Virus record (IMG/VR): IMGVR_UViG_3300025890_000019
Direction: 5' to 3' (one strand)
Length of the DNA: 42,634 nucleotides
Source of the DNA: a virus
Below the pieces are notes generated by a model, which worked only from the letters and a program-made list of their open reading frames with translations, made no database searches and was not told the origin of the DNA. The position numbers and the translations under genes were made by a program. Below, in pieces: positions 29,664 to 37,745 of this stretch (positions are counted from its first letter, which is position 1; the number at the start of each line of letters is the position of its first letter).

Positions 29664-30050
29664 CATAGCAACATCGCTGATCGTAGATCCAGGAAGTGCG
29701 TTTGAAACACAATGGTGAATCCTGAGTTGCAAGTCTAGTGCTAACTAAAGGCACAAAAGAAGATGCTCTGTGAAAAAGATACAACATCACAACTGCTCAC
29801 TTTGTTTGTGAAGGGTGAAAGCAGTTGCCCGTGACTAATGAAGTCTGGAATAGGGAGTTGGCGGGTCACCGCTTCCGTACAAAAGTTCCTTTCACAAAAT
29901 GGCAGGCTAGTCTCGCATGATGGCTTCATACTTTTCCCGTTACTGGGTGAAGTATGGATCAACTGTCTGCATGATGCACGACATAACTTCGTTATGTGAT
30001 TGCTTAAATGCTTGAGCGTAAGCGAAAAGCAGAACGACGCTAGTCGTTCT
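29664..30050 (+). ncRNA. Candidate large structured non-coding RNA (or structured DNA element); unclassified
   Basis: About 390 nt with no credible ORF in a gene-dense genome. Stems: gcaac/gttgc 29668-29730 enclosing cagga/tcctg; caactgct/agcagttg 29790-29827; gcgg/ccgc 29861-29872; gcaggc/gtctgc 29902-29970 enclosing catactt/aagtatg. Long-range pairing 29805-29815 with 29888-29898. Strand is assumed. Confidence 0.55.
29981..30050. terminator. Cluster of three hairpins between convergent transcription units (possible terminator or 3'-end structure)
   Basis: acataac-ttc-gttatgt (29981-29997); gctt..gc-gtaa-gc..aagc (30010-30030); agaacgac-gcta-gtcgttct (30031-30050), which abuts the hemD stop. 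No classic U-tract. Confidence 0.4.
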
Positions 30051-30619
30051 TAAACATTGGGATCAAATGATTCACAATCCAACCAAACAGAACGATCAGG
30101 TTCCGCTGATTCAACGTGTTTCAACTTGGTGTGACTCCAGTTTCTAATCTCCAACTCTTTCAACACAGAATCAGAATACACATGAATAACATCTGGTTCC
30201 AATTTCAATATCTGTTTGATGGCGTTCGAATCTGGTTTTGATTCGTATGTCTGAATCGCAGTGACTTCTGGTATCGCACGAAAATCTCTGGCGTACTTGT
30301 CTCCGTGGAGCCAAGTGATTGGGCCTGTGTTTTTGGAACGCAGTTTTAGATCGTTGGCTGTGTGTCGCCAATGAATATTTTTTTCTGCGAAGCCCGCCTC
30401 TACGAGTCGGTCATAAGTTTTAGATCCCACGGCGTACACCTTCTGATCCAACAGTTCTGCTAGACTGTGAGCATAGTGTTTGATGGCTTCGATGTGTGTG
30501 ATGATCAGTCCTTGTGCATCTGCAGGAGAGTGTTCAACGGTGGCTGTTTTAAGACAGGGAATCCACAGGTCATCCTCATCCAACTCCTGGGGTCGTACAA
30601 TTTGTGTGTAGACTTGCAT
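30050..30619 (-). CDS. hemD: Uroporphyrinogen-III synthase (HemD)-like protein, compact/divergent (189 aa)
   Basis: Ordered HemD-like motifs: (T/V)RP, IPCLKT, LIITH..AI (cf. IFTS.NAV), VYAVGSKT...L..AGF (cf. AVG..TA..L...G), WLHGD, QTYES (cf. VY.T), IHVYSDS (cf. F.S.S). Confidence 0.62.
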   Translation of the reverse strand: MQVYTQIVRPQELDEDDLWIPCLKTATVEHSPADAQGLIITHIEAIKHYAHSLAELLDQKVYAVGSKTYDRLVEAGFAEKNIHWRHTANDLKLRSKNTGPITWLHGDKYARDFRAIPEVTAIQTYESKPDSNAIKQILKLEPDVIHVYSDSVLKELEIRNWSHTKLKHVESAEPDRSVWLDCESFDPNV

Positions 30620-30723
30620 ATGTGATTTATTTAGAATGTGTGTGTCATTGATTAAATGATGCTATTTGGTTCTAGGCACCGTGTGTGTATGATTTTTTAT
30701 ACTTTATATATAGTGTGTTGTGC

Positions 30724-30963
30724 TTAAAAGAACGGTTGTCCTGTTTTTTTAGCAGTGTCTAGGTTTTCTTTGATCACACCGCCCATCACTTCTCTGTCTT
30801 CATGACAAGTGGCATACATCTCGTCCAGTGTGATTGATCCACGCATGAACCAGGCCAATTTGAATAGATCGGATTTGAAATTTTTGATTTCACCTTCCAT
30901 TTCTTTGGTGAGTTTGATAATGTCAGAAGTCGGCAGTGTTGCTATCTTTATACGAAAAAATTT
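30724..30963 (-). CDS. gp51-like/tail-chaperone 'T' ORF, probably expressed by -1 frameshift from the upstream gp26-like gene (not in the ORF track)
   Basis: Open frame KFFRIKIATLPTSDIIKLTKEMEGEIKNFKSDLFKLAWFMRGSITLDEMYATCHEDREVMGGVIKENLDTAKKTGQPFF*. First ATG only at 30900 (58 aa), with no clear RBS. Confidence 0.7.
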   Translation of the reverse strand, partial: KFFRIKIATLPTSDIIKLTKEMEGEIKNFKSDLFKLAWFMRGSITLDEMYATCHEDREVMGGVIKENLDTAKKTGQPFF

Positions 30964-31814
30964 GCTGAATCAAATGCTACAGGTATTGTGTATTCAGCAG
31001 GCGCTCCGTTTTTAACTTCTTCTTCTGTGGAAGTTATTTTTTGAGGTTTTAATTGAAATGCTTCTCTATTTTTTTCCAAATGCTCCATGATGGAACTGAA
31101 AAATTGTTTGTCAGTGTTATCTAAAAATTCTGTAATTTGTTTTATATCTGTCACAGTCTCACCATCCACTGTGATTGATGCTATTGTGTTTGCCACCATG
31201 CCCACACTTAATTCTGTTAATTTTTTAAAAGTGGCTTGAAATGCTTTTACTTTTTCTTCGTCATTCATTTTTGTGTCATCCACAATCTTTTGAATTCTTT
31301 GTTGTTCAAATGTTTGGATTGCACTTTCAGTAAACTCTTTGTATGTTAAAGGTTTTGTTTTTACTTCCATGTTTTGATAAAAAAATGTATCATTATACTG
31401 TGCTGACAAGATGCTGTTCAAACTTTCTTGTAAATCCAACACCAATTCTTTCTCAATGGATGTGCCTGGCACTTTGATTGGCATAGTCATGCTGGTTCCA
31501 TATGTGGCCATTCTGATGGTCATCAATGCCGCATCGCAATCTATCGAAGGCATTGCCCATGCATTCTTAATTGACGGGATACAACTCTGTATCACTGTCA
31601 CAGTGGCTTCACCATTCAACAATGCATCTGGAGTTTTCAGCAACATTTCATCTTTTGCTGTCATAGGATACACAGCAACATCTCCTGATTCAGGAACCTG
31701 GATAGATCCTTCAGGATAAAATTTATAACCACTTGGCAATCTTACAAACTGCTTGGGCTGTCTGTAATACTTTTTAAGTGGGTTACTATTTGTACCTATT
31801 TGTTCTTGTGACAT
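30948..31814 (-). CDS. Baseplate hub assembly/tail assembly chaperone, T4 gp26-like (288 aa)
   Basis: NPL..Y.RQPK..V.LPS, V.VYPMTAKDE.LL.TPD.LLNG, I.SC.P, L..IRMATYG; ends in ..NFFV; GGAG RBS; divergent from the tape-measure-like gene. Confidence 0.72.
   Translation of the reverse strand: MSQEQIGTNSNPLKKYYRQPKQFVRLPSGYKFYPEGSIQVPESGDVAVYPMTAKDEMLLKTPDALLNGEATVTVIQSCIPSIKNAWAMPSIDCDAALMTIRMATYGTSMTMPIKVPGTSIEKELVLDLQESLNSILSAQYNDTFFYQNMEVKTKPLTYKEFTESAIQTFEQQRIQKIVDDTKMNDEEKVKAFQATFKKLTELSVGMVANTIASITVDGETVTDIKQITEFLDNTDKQFFSSIMEHLEKNREAFQLKPQKITSTEEEVKNGAPAEYTIPVAFDSANFFV
30954..30963 (-). promoter_or_regulatory. Putative programmed -1 ribosomal frameshift site (A AAT TTT TTC)
   Basis: Minus strand reads GCA AAT TTT TTC GTA TAA, giving two overlapping X XXY YYZ heptamers (A AAT TTT, T TTT TTC) just before the stop. 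The -1 frame is open for 79 codons. Confidence 0.68.
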
Positions 31815-31856
31815 TCAATCTCCAATAAATATTGTTATTAACTTTTAAACTGCTAA

Positions 31857-31904
31857 TATTTAGTATGACATATTAAATGCGTACTTAATGATTGGCATTA
31901 AATA
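31857..31904. promoter_or_regulatory. Divergent pair of putative late promoters (TAAATA)
   Basis: TAAATA on the minus strand at 31857-31862 (toward the gp26-like gene) and on the plus strand at 31899-31904 (toward tape measure/portal). The same hexamer precedes other structural genes. Confidence 0.55.
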
Positions 31905-31932
31905 CAAGTAACAAGGATTTTGGTATCACATA

Positions 31933-34071
31933 ATGGCAACAATTGAAGAATTATTAGAAGACGCGGTTAAAAAAGGCGGACTAGCCAGCGAAAATACTGC
32001 CAAAGCGATATTGAAGGCTTTGGGCGGGTCTAGTGGTGGTAACAGTAGTGCTCAACGTGAGTTCACAGAAGAAACCAAAAAATCCAGCAAATCGGTTGTT
32101 GTATTCAAAAAAGTTTTAGGTGCGGCAGGAGCCGGATTTTCATCCTTAACCAATGGAGCAGACGGATTGGTTGGCGGACTCGGTGCTCTATCACAAAGCA
32201 CCACAGGATTAAACAAAGTATTTTTACAATTCACAGCCGACCTAGCGGCAAGAGTGTTTGAAAATGTTGACACTTTCAGAAACTTGGCAGAGATAGGCGC
32301 AAACACAACTCAAACAGTCAGTGATTTTAGACGTATAGCAGGTGACGCCGGCATAGACATGACAAGATTGGCTCAGGCATTAATGAGCGCCAACACATCA
32401 CTTGCTGGTTTTGAGGGTAGTGCAAACAAAGGTGCAAGAAGATTCAACACAATAATGACAACACTATTACAGAGTGATTTCAGAAAAACAATCACAGGTC
32501 TTGGATTTTCTATGGAAGACATCACAGAAGGCTTTGCTGATTATCTAGACTTACAGACTACTTTGGGTAGATCTCAATCAATGAGTAATTCACAGTTGGT
32601 TGCAGGCTCGCAAGAATATCTATTGAGATTGGACCAATTGTCAAGATTGACAGGATTGCAAAGAGATCAAGTGAAAGATGAATTACAAGCAGTGGCAGAT
32701 GCTAGAGAGTTGCGTTTGATTTCAAACAGTGAAATAGAAGCAACCATGGTAAGGGTCAAAGCGGCGGCACCAGAAATGGTGAGTGCTGTGACAGGATTGC
32801 TGGCAAAAGGATTTCCAGAAGGCGGAGAACAAGTTGGTATATTTGCAGTGGAAGGTGTGCGTGAAGCAGTGTCGGCATTGAGAGATGGTGTACCTGGTGC
32901 AAGTGATCAGTTCATTCAAGCACTGGCACGTAACGGTGAAAGCATTGCCAACATGGATGCAGGACAGAAAAAATTAATTGCTACTCAGTTGGGTGTGGGC
33001 AATGAATTTTTCAATGTTGCGGCAGATTCTGTGAAATTTAGAAAATTCTTAGGACAAAGCACTCAGGAAATAATAGACGAGCAAGAACAAAGAGCGAAAA
33101 GTACTGCAGGTGCAAAACAATTTGACCAAGCCAGTGAAAACTTGAGTTTAAAACTTCAGAAATTAATGGTTCCATTCCAACAAGGAGTTGATATGATTAT
33201 AGGTGGCTTGGCAAGCATAATTGGTCCTAAATCTTTTATTGCAACCACATTGGATGATTTAGGCACGAAATTTAACGATTGGTTTGATGGATTAGAGGAC
33301 TCAGGCAAAAAATGGATGGGTGGACTAACAATCGCGGCAGGTCTATTGGCGACGGCATTGACTGCATTTGTCGCCAAGAAAGCCGTCACGGGAGTTTCAA
33401 GTTATCTAACAGGAGGCGGTGGAGGTGGCGGTAAAATGCCAGGAATGAATATGCTAAAATCTGCAGGAGCAGGTGGAGGCTCTGTCCTGTCAGGTGCGGC
33501 AAAAGGGATCAGTGCTTTTGCGGCGATGGGTCCAAAAATATTGATGGGTGCAGGAGTCATAGCAGGTGTAGTTGCCATCTTGGGAGCAGGTGTCGGTCTT
33601 GGAGCATTGGCGGCTGGTAAAGGTTTATCATCGCTTGCAGAAGGATTAAACAGTTTTCAAAATGTTGACGGTGAAAAATTAAAAGACATTGCTTCTGCTA
33701 CAGGCAAACTGTCGTTGGCAATGGCACAAATGGGTGCAGGAGCACTCAAAGGTGGTGTGTCGGGATTCGTTGGTAAAATATTTGGTGGCGGTACAGAAAA
33801 CTTTGCCAAAAACTTGAATAAAACACTGGATGAGCTTGACAAAAGCAAAATAGACATGTATGCTAACAGTATAGAAAATTTAGGAACAGCAATGACAAGT
33901 TTAAGAAGTGGCATGATGGGAACAACAACAGCATCCGCAAGTTCAACCGGAGACAAGTTGGATCAGTTAAATAACACTATGGAACAAATTTTAATGGCGA
34001 TGAATGACGGAAATCGTTACAGCAGAACTACTGCACGAGCAACAACAGACACAGCGGAGAATTTCGGATAA
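31933..34071 (+). CDS. Tape-measure-like protein (712 aa)
   Basis: Long Ala/Gly/Leu-rich helical protein with hydrophobic segments (WMGGLTIAAGLLATALTAFVA; ILMGAGVIAGVVAILGAGVGLGALAAG) and a poly-Gly linker; next to the chaperone genes. Confidence 0.7.
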   Translation: MATIEELLEDAVKKGGLASENTAKAILKALGGSSGGNSSAQREFTEETKKSSKSVVVFKKVLGAAGAGFSSLTNGADGLVGGLGALSQSTTGLNKVFLQFTADLAARVFENVDTFRNLAEIGANTTQTVSDFRRIAGDAGIDMTRLAQALMSANTSLAGFEGSANKGARRFNTIMTTLLQSDFRKTITGLGFSMEDITEGFADYLDLQTTLGRSQSMSNSQLVAGSQEYLLRLDQLSRLTGLQRDQVKDELQAVADARELRLISNSEIEATMVRVKAAAPEMVSAVTGLLAKGFPEGGEQVGIFAVEGVREAVSALRDGVPGASDQFIQALARNGESIANMDAGQKKLIATQLGVGNEFFNVAADSVKFRKFLGQSTQEIIDEQEQRAKSTAGAKQFDQASENLSLKLQKLMVPFQQGVDMIIGGLASIIGPKSFIATTLDDLGTKFNDWFDGLEDSGKKWMGGLTIAAGLLATALTAFVAKKAVTGVSSYLTGGGGGGGKMPGMNMLKSAGAGGGSVLSGAAKGISAFAAMGPKILMGAGVIAGVVAILGAGVGLGALAAGKGLSSLAEGLNSFQNVDGEKLKDIASATGKLSLAMAQMGAGALKGGVSGFVGKIFGGGTENFAKNLNKTLDELDKSKIDMYANSIENLGTAMTSLRSGMMGTTTASASSTGDKLDQLNNTMEQILMAMNDGNRYSRTTARATTDTAENFG

Positions 34072-35789
34072 TGAGTTGGAAAAAATATTTTACAGAAGTG
34101 CCACTAGCAGATGGTACAAGCGGAATGAATTCACCATTAGGCGGTGGAGCAGGTGGCAAAGCCGGACCTGCCAAAACAAACTATTCATCTTATCTTCCAG
34201 ATGTGTACAGTGGTGCACCAAACAGAATTGAAAGATACGGACAATACAATGTGATGGATTTAGATTCTGAAGTGAATGCCGCATTGGATATTCTAGCAGA
34301 ATTTTGCACACAGAACAACACACAAAACAATACACCTTTCAAATTTGAATACAATCAAAAAGCAACCAACACAGAAATACAAATCATAGAACAGTATCTG
34401 CATCAATGGTGCAAAATGAATGATTTCACAAAACGTGTGTTTAAGATTATGCGTAATGTGTTCAAGTATGGTGATGCATTTTTCATTAGAGATCCGGAAA
34501 CAAAGAAAATGTTTCACGTTGATCCAGCAAAAGTTTCTAAAATAATAGTAAATGAAAGCACAGGCAAGACACCTGAGCAATATGTGGTCAAAGACATTAA
34601 TTTTAATTTTAAAAATCTTGTTGCAACCACACCTCATCAAACAACAGGCAATGTGACTGGCGGAGGATCAGGATATTTGACTGGTGGTGTGAGAGGAATG
34701 ACTGGAGTTGACAACACATCAGCACCAGGAACAAGATTTGGCACAGGACAAAGAGAAATTGCTGTTGATGCCGAACACATTGTACACCTAAGTTTATCAG
34801 AAGGACTGGACAACAACTTTCCGTTTGGTAATTCACTATTGGAAAGTATTTTTAAAGTTTACAAACAAAAAGAATTATTAGAAGACGCAATCATTATCTA
34901 CAGAGTACAAAGAGCACCTGAAAGAAGAGTGTTCTATATTGACGTAGGTAACATGCCAAGTCACTTGGCAATGCAATTTGTGGAAAGAGTGAAAACTGAA
35001 ATACATCAAAGACGTATTCCTTCATCAACAGGTGGTGGACAAAACGTTGTGGACTCGGCATACAATCCATTATCAATCAATGAAGATTATTTCTTCCCTC
35101 AAACAGCAGAAGGCAGAGGTTCTAAGGTTGAAACATTACCGGGTGGTACTAACCTGGGTGAGATTGATGACCTGAAATACTTCACCAACAAGTTGTTAAG
35201 GGGATTAAGAATACCAAGTTCATATTTGCCAACAGGAGCAGATGATTCGCAAAGCAGTTTCAATGATGGCAGAGTGGGCACAGCATACATTCAAGAATTA
35301 AGATTCAACAAATACTGTGAAAGACTACAAAATCTAGTATCAGATGAATTCAATCAAGAATTTAAACGTTATCTTTTAGAAAAAGGTGTAAACATCGACA
35401 CAGCGATGTTTGATATCAAGTTTCAACCACCAATGAACTTTGCTTCTTATAGACAAGCAGAGGTAGACAACAACAGAATTTCCACATACACACAAATAGC
35501 CACTGTGCCATTTGTGAGCAAACGTTATGCTCTATCAAGATTCTTAGGATTGACTCCAGAAGAGATGGCAGAGAACGAAAGAATGTGGAGAGAAGAGAAT
35601 GATGAATCAATGCAATCTAAACCAACCACTTCAGCAACTGAATTGAGAAGTGCAGGTGTCAGCACAGCAGGCATCCAAGCAGATTTAGATGCGGCAGAAC
35701 CAACTGAAGATCCCACTGCTCCAGGAGACGACAATGCACCAGCACCAACAGGAGATGCAGGTGGCGGAACTCCAACTCCGGGCCAGTAG
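34071..35789 (+). CDS. gp20: Portal protein, T4 gp20-like
   Basis: Y..MD.D.EV..ALD.., LLEDAIIIYR..RAPERRVFYIDVGNMP, EDYFFP....GRGS.VETLPGG.NLGEIDDL.YF..KL...LRIP.S, ELRF.KY..RLQ. Confidence 0.95.
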   Translation: MSWKKYFTEVPLADGTSGMNSPLGGGAGGKAGPAKTNYSSYLPDVYSGAPNRIERYGQYNVMDLDSEVNAALDILAEFCTQNNTQNNTPFKFEYNQKATNTEIQIIEQYLHQWCKMNDFTKRVFKIMRNVFKYGDAFFIRDPETKKMFHVDPAKVSKIIVNESTGKTPEQYVVKDINFNFKNLVATTPHQTTGNVTGGGSGYLTGGVRGMTGVDNTSAPGTRFGTGQREIAVDAEHIVHLSLSEGLDNNFPFGNSLLESIFKVYKQKELLEDAIIIYRVQRAPERRVFYIDVGNMPSHLAMQFVERVKTEIHQRRIPSSTGGGQNVVDSAYNPLSINEDYFFPQTAEGRGSKVETLPGGTNLGEIDDLKYFTNKLLRGLRIPSSYLPTGADDSQSSFNDGRVGTAYIQELRFNKYCERLQNLVSDEFNQEFKRYLLEKGVNIDTAMFDIKFQPPMNFASYRQAEVDNNRISTYTQIATVPFVSKRYALSRFLGLTPEEMAENERMWREENDESMQSKPTTSATELRSAGVSTAGIQADLDAAEPTEDPTAPGDDNAPAPTGDAGGGTPTPGQ

Positions 35790-35803
35790 CGATAAATAAT
35801 TTT

Positions 35804-36043
35804 ATGATATTGCGTGAACTTTTTTATTACGATCAGATTACCACAGAGCCAGGCGAAAGAAAAGAATACGACGCCGCTGATGATCAATCTATTATGTCAT
35901 TGGATGACACACGTAAAACTAGACTTTCATTAAAACAGATCAACAAAGCAAGAAAAGCCGGCGAATTCCACAAAGATGAACAACAAAAAGAGTTAGAATT
36001 TGTGAGACAGATGTACGGCGCCGCTAATCAACCGGAAATGTAA
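35804..36043 (+). CDS. Hypothetical head-module protein (79 aa)
   Basis: Intact ORF after portal, preceded by TAAATA-N5-ATG; DTRKTRLSL.QINK.RK motif. Confidence 0.65.
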   Translation: MILRELFYYDQITTEPGERKEYDAADDQSIMSLDDTRKTRLSLKQINKARKAGEFHKDEQQKELEFVRQMYGAANQPEM

Positions 36044-36046
36044 TAG

Positions 36047-36634
36047 ATGTCTATTGCTTTTGTATTAGGCAATGGTCTCAGTCGCAAACCAATTCCTTTA
36101 GAACCACTACAACAATTCGGCAAAGTGTATGCCTGCAATGCAGTATACAGAACTTACACACCCAACTACCTGGTAGCAGTTGATGCCAAGATGATCAATG
36201 AGATCTGCACAGCAGGTGCTCAGTTGAAAATGCCTGTTTGGACCAATCCAAATAGAGCATACAAAAAGTACAAAGGGTTAAACTTCTTTGAGCCCAGCAT
36301 GGGATGGTCATCTGGACCCACAGCACTGTGGTTGGCATCCAAACACATGCATCAATTGATATTTTTGTTGGGTTTCGACTTCACTGGCACCACAGAAGGC
36401 AAGTTGAACAACATATATGGAGACACACCCAACTACAAAAAGAATTCAGACACTGCCACATACCATGGCAACTGGAACAGGCAAACCAGTATTATCCTAC
36501 AGAAAAATTCCTTAAAGAGATATATACGAGTAGTACCAGAAGGCACTGATGTTTTTGAGGCTAAAGACCTTAAAAAATTTACAAATTATAGTGAAATCAC
36601 AGTGCAAGAGTTCAAAAGACGCTATCATTTATAA
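36047..36634 (+). CDS. Glycosyltransferase-fold protein (Maf/DUF115/MptE- or CstII-like), 195 aa
   Basis: AFVLGNG.SR, YACNAVY, YLVAVD, SSG..ALWLA and IFLLGFD motifs in the order typical of this fold. Confidence 0.6.
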   Translation: MSIAFVLGNGLSRKPIPLEPLQQFGKVYACNAVYRTYTPNYLVAVDAKMINEICTAGAQLKMPVWTNPNRAYKKYKGLNFFEPSMGWSSGPTALWLASKHMHQLIFLLGFDFTGTTEGKLNNIYGDTPNYKKNSDTATYHGNWNRQTSIILQKNSLKRYIRVVPEGTDVFEAKDLKKFTNYSEITVQEFKRRYHL

Positions 36635-36742
36635 ATTCTGCGTCAAACGGGCCAGTATCGGCCCATTATCTACCTATTTTTTTACCTATCGGTTAAATAA
36701 TACATGACAGTCTTATCATAAACAGTTAAACAGGAGAAACCA

Positions 36743-37723
36743 ATGTCAGATAAAAGCAAATTCGAGCAAATGCTTGAAAAACTAGTCGCTGACGATAGAA
36801 CAGCGGCAGAAGAAATTTTCCATGATATCGTTGTGGAAAAATCAAGATCAATTTATGAAGGTCTTTTAGAAAATGATATCAAAGATATCGAAGTAGAAGA
36901 AACTTCAAAAGAAGATTCAAAAGAAGAAGAAACAACAGAAGCGTCTAAAGAAGCAAAAGAAGACGAAAAAGTTGAAGAAAAAACTTCTGAAGAGTCTAAA
37001 GAGGACGAAGCAGTTGAAGAAGCATCAAAAGACGAAGAGTCAAAAGATGAAGAAGCAACAGATGAGTCTATCTTAGACATCGAAAACACAGAAATTGCAC
37101 CAGCAGAAGCACACGGTGGAGACGCAACAGACGATATGGTTGCTGACATCGAAGCACCAGCAGGTGATATGGATAAAGGCGACGACTCTGAAAAAGGTGA
37201 AGAAGAAATCGAAGACAGAGTTGTTGATTTAGAAGATGCTATTGATGACCTTAAAGCCGAATTTGAAAAAATGATGGGCGATGAGGACAAAGGTGACGAC
37301 GCAGAAGGCGACGACGCTGAAGATAACGGTGAAGAAAAAGAAGACGAAGCCGTTGTAGATCAATCAGCAGAGGGAGAAACTTTAGAAGTTGCTCCTGAAC
37401 TTGGTGAACAACCAGCAGTAGAAACAGCAGAGCCAAAATCAGCAAGTGAAGAAATTAGAGAATATGTGAACAAAGTGGGCGTAACGCACACAGACGGTTC
37501 AGATAACTCTAAATCACCAGTTGCTGGCAAAAACGATATGGGCGGAACGGCTTCTAACATCGCTAAAGGCGGTGAGGAAACAGGTAGTAAAGCACCTGCT
37601 CCAAAAGAAGACAACGCAGGTAACGTTAATGTACCAGGCGCTAAAGCGAAACCTGTTGCGGCACCAAAGGCCAAGACTAGCACAGAAGATGATTCTTCTG
37701 CAAAGTCAACAATTGGCAGTTAA
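36743..37723 (+). CDS. Highly acidic prohead core/scaffold-like protein (326 aa)
   Basis: Very D/E-rich, low complexity (EE.SKE repeats); AGGAG RBS; TAAATA at 36694-36699; between portal and protease, where T4 has gp67/gp68. Confidence 0.65.
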   Translation: MSDKSKFEQMLEKLVADDRTAAEEIFHDIVVEKSRSIYEGLLENDIKDIEVEETSKEDSKEEETTEASKEAKEDEKVEEKTSEESKEDEAVEEASKDEESKDEEATDESILDIENTEIAPAEAHGGDATDDMVADIEAPAGDMDKGDDSEKGEEEIEDRVVDLEDAIDDLKAEFEKMMGDEDKGDDAEGDDAEDNGEEKEDEAVVDQSAEGETLEVAPELGEQPAVETAEPKSASEEIREYVNKVGVTHTDGSDNSKSPVAGKNDMGGTASNIAKGGEETGSKAPAPKEDNAGNVNVPGAKAKPVAAPKAKTSTEDDSSAKSTIGS

Positions 37724-37745
37724 TAAGGTAATATAAGGAAAACGG

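Noticed and set aside
29605-29962. Minus-strand ORFs 29605-29790 and 29741-29962 as genes explaining the intergenic gap
   Set aside because: Short, mutually overlapping, one overlaps the nuclease gene, and neither has an RBS or protein-like features. Dense base-pairing explains the region better.
29664-30050. Assignment as tmRNA, RNase P RNA, group I/II intron or CRISPR array
   Set aside because: I could not find a tRNA-like GGGG...CCA pair, the GAGGAAAGUCC motif, an interrupted host gene or a repeat-spacer periodicity. A covariance-model search is still needed to exclude divergent members.
30809-31015. 68-aa plus-strand ORF in the track
   Set aside because: Antisense to the gp26-like 3' end and to the better-supported minus-strand frameshift ORF at 30724-30963.
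36649-36664. Hairpin gggcc-agtatc-ggccc as an intrinsic terminator
   Set aside because: Only a 5-bp stem, and the T-run is about 12 nt away; too weak to call.
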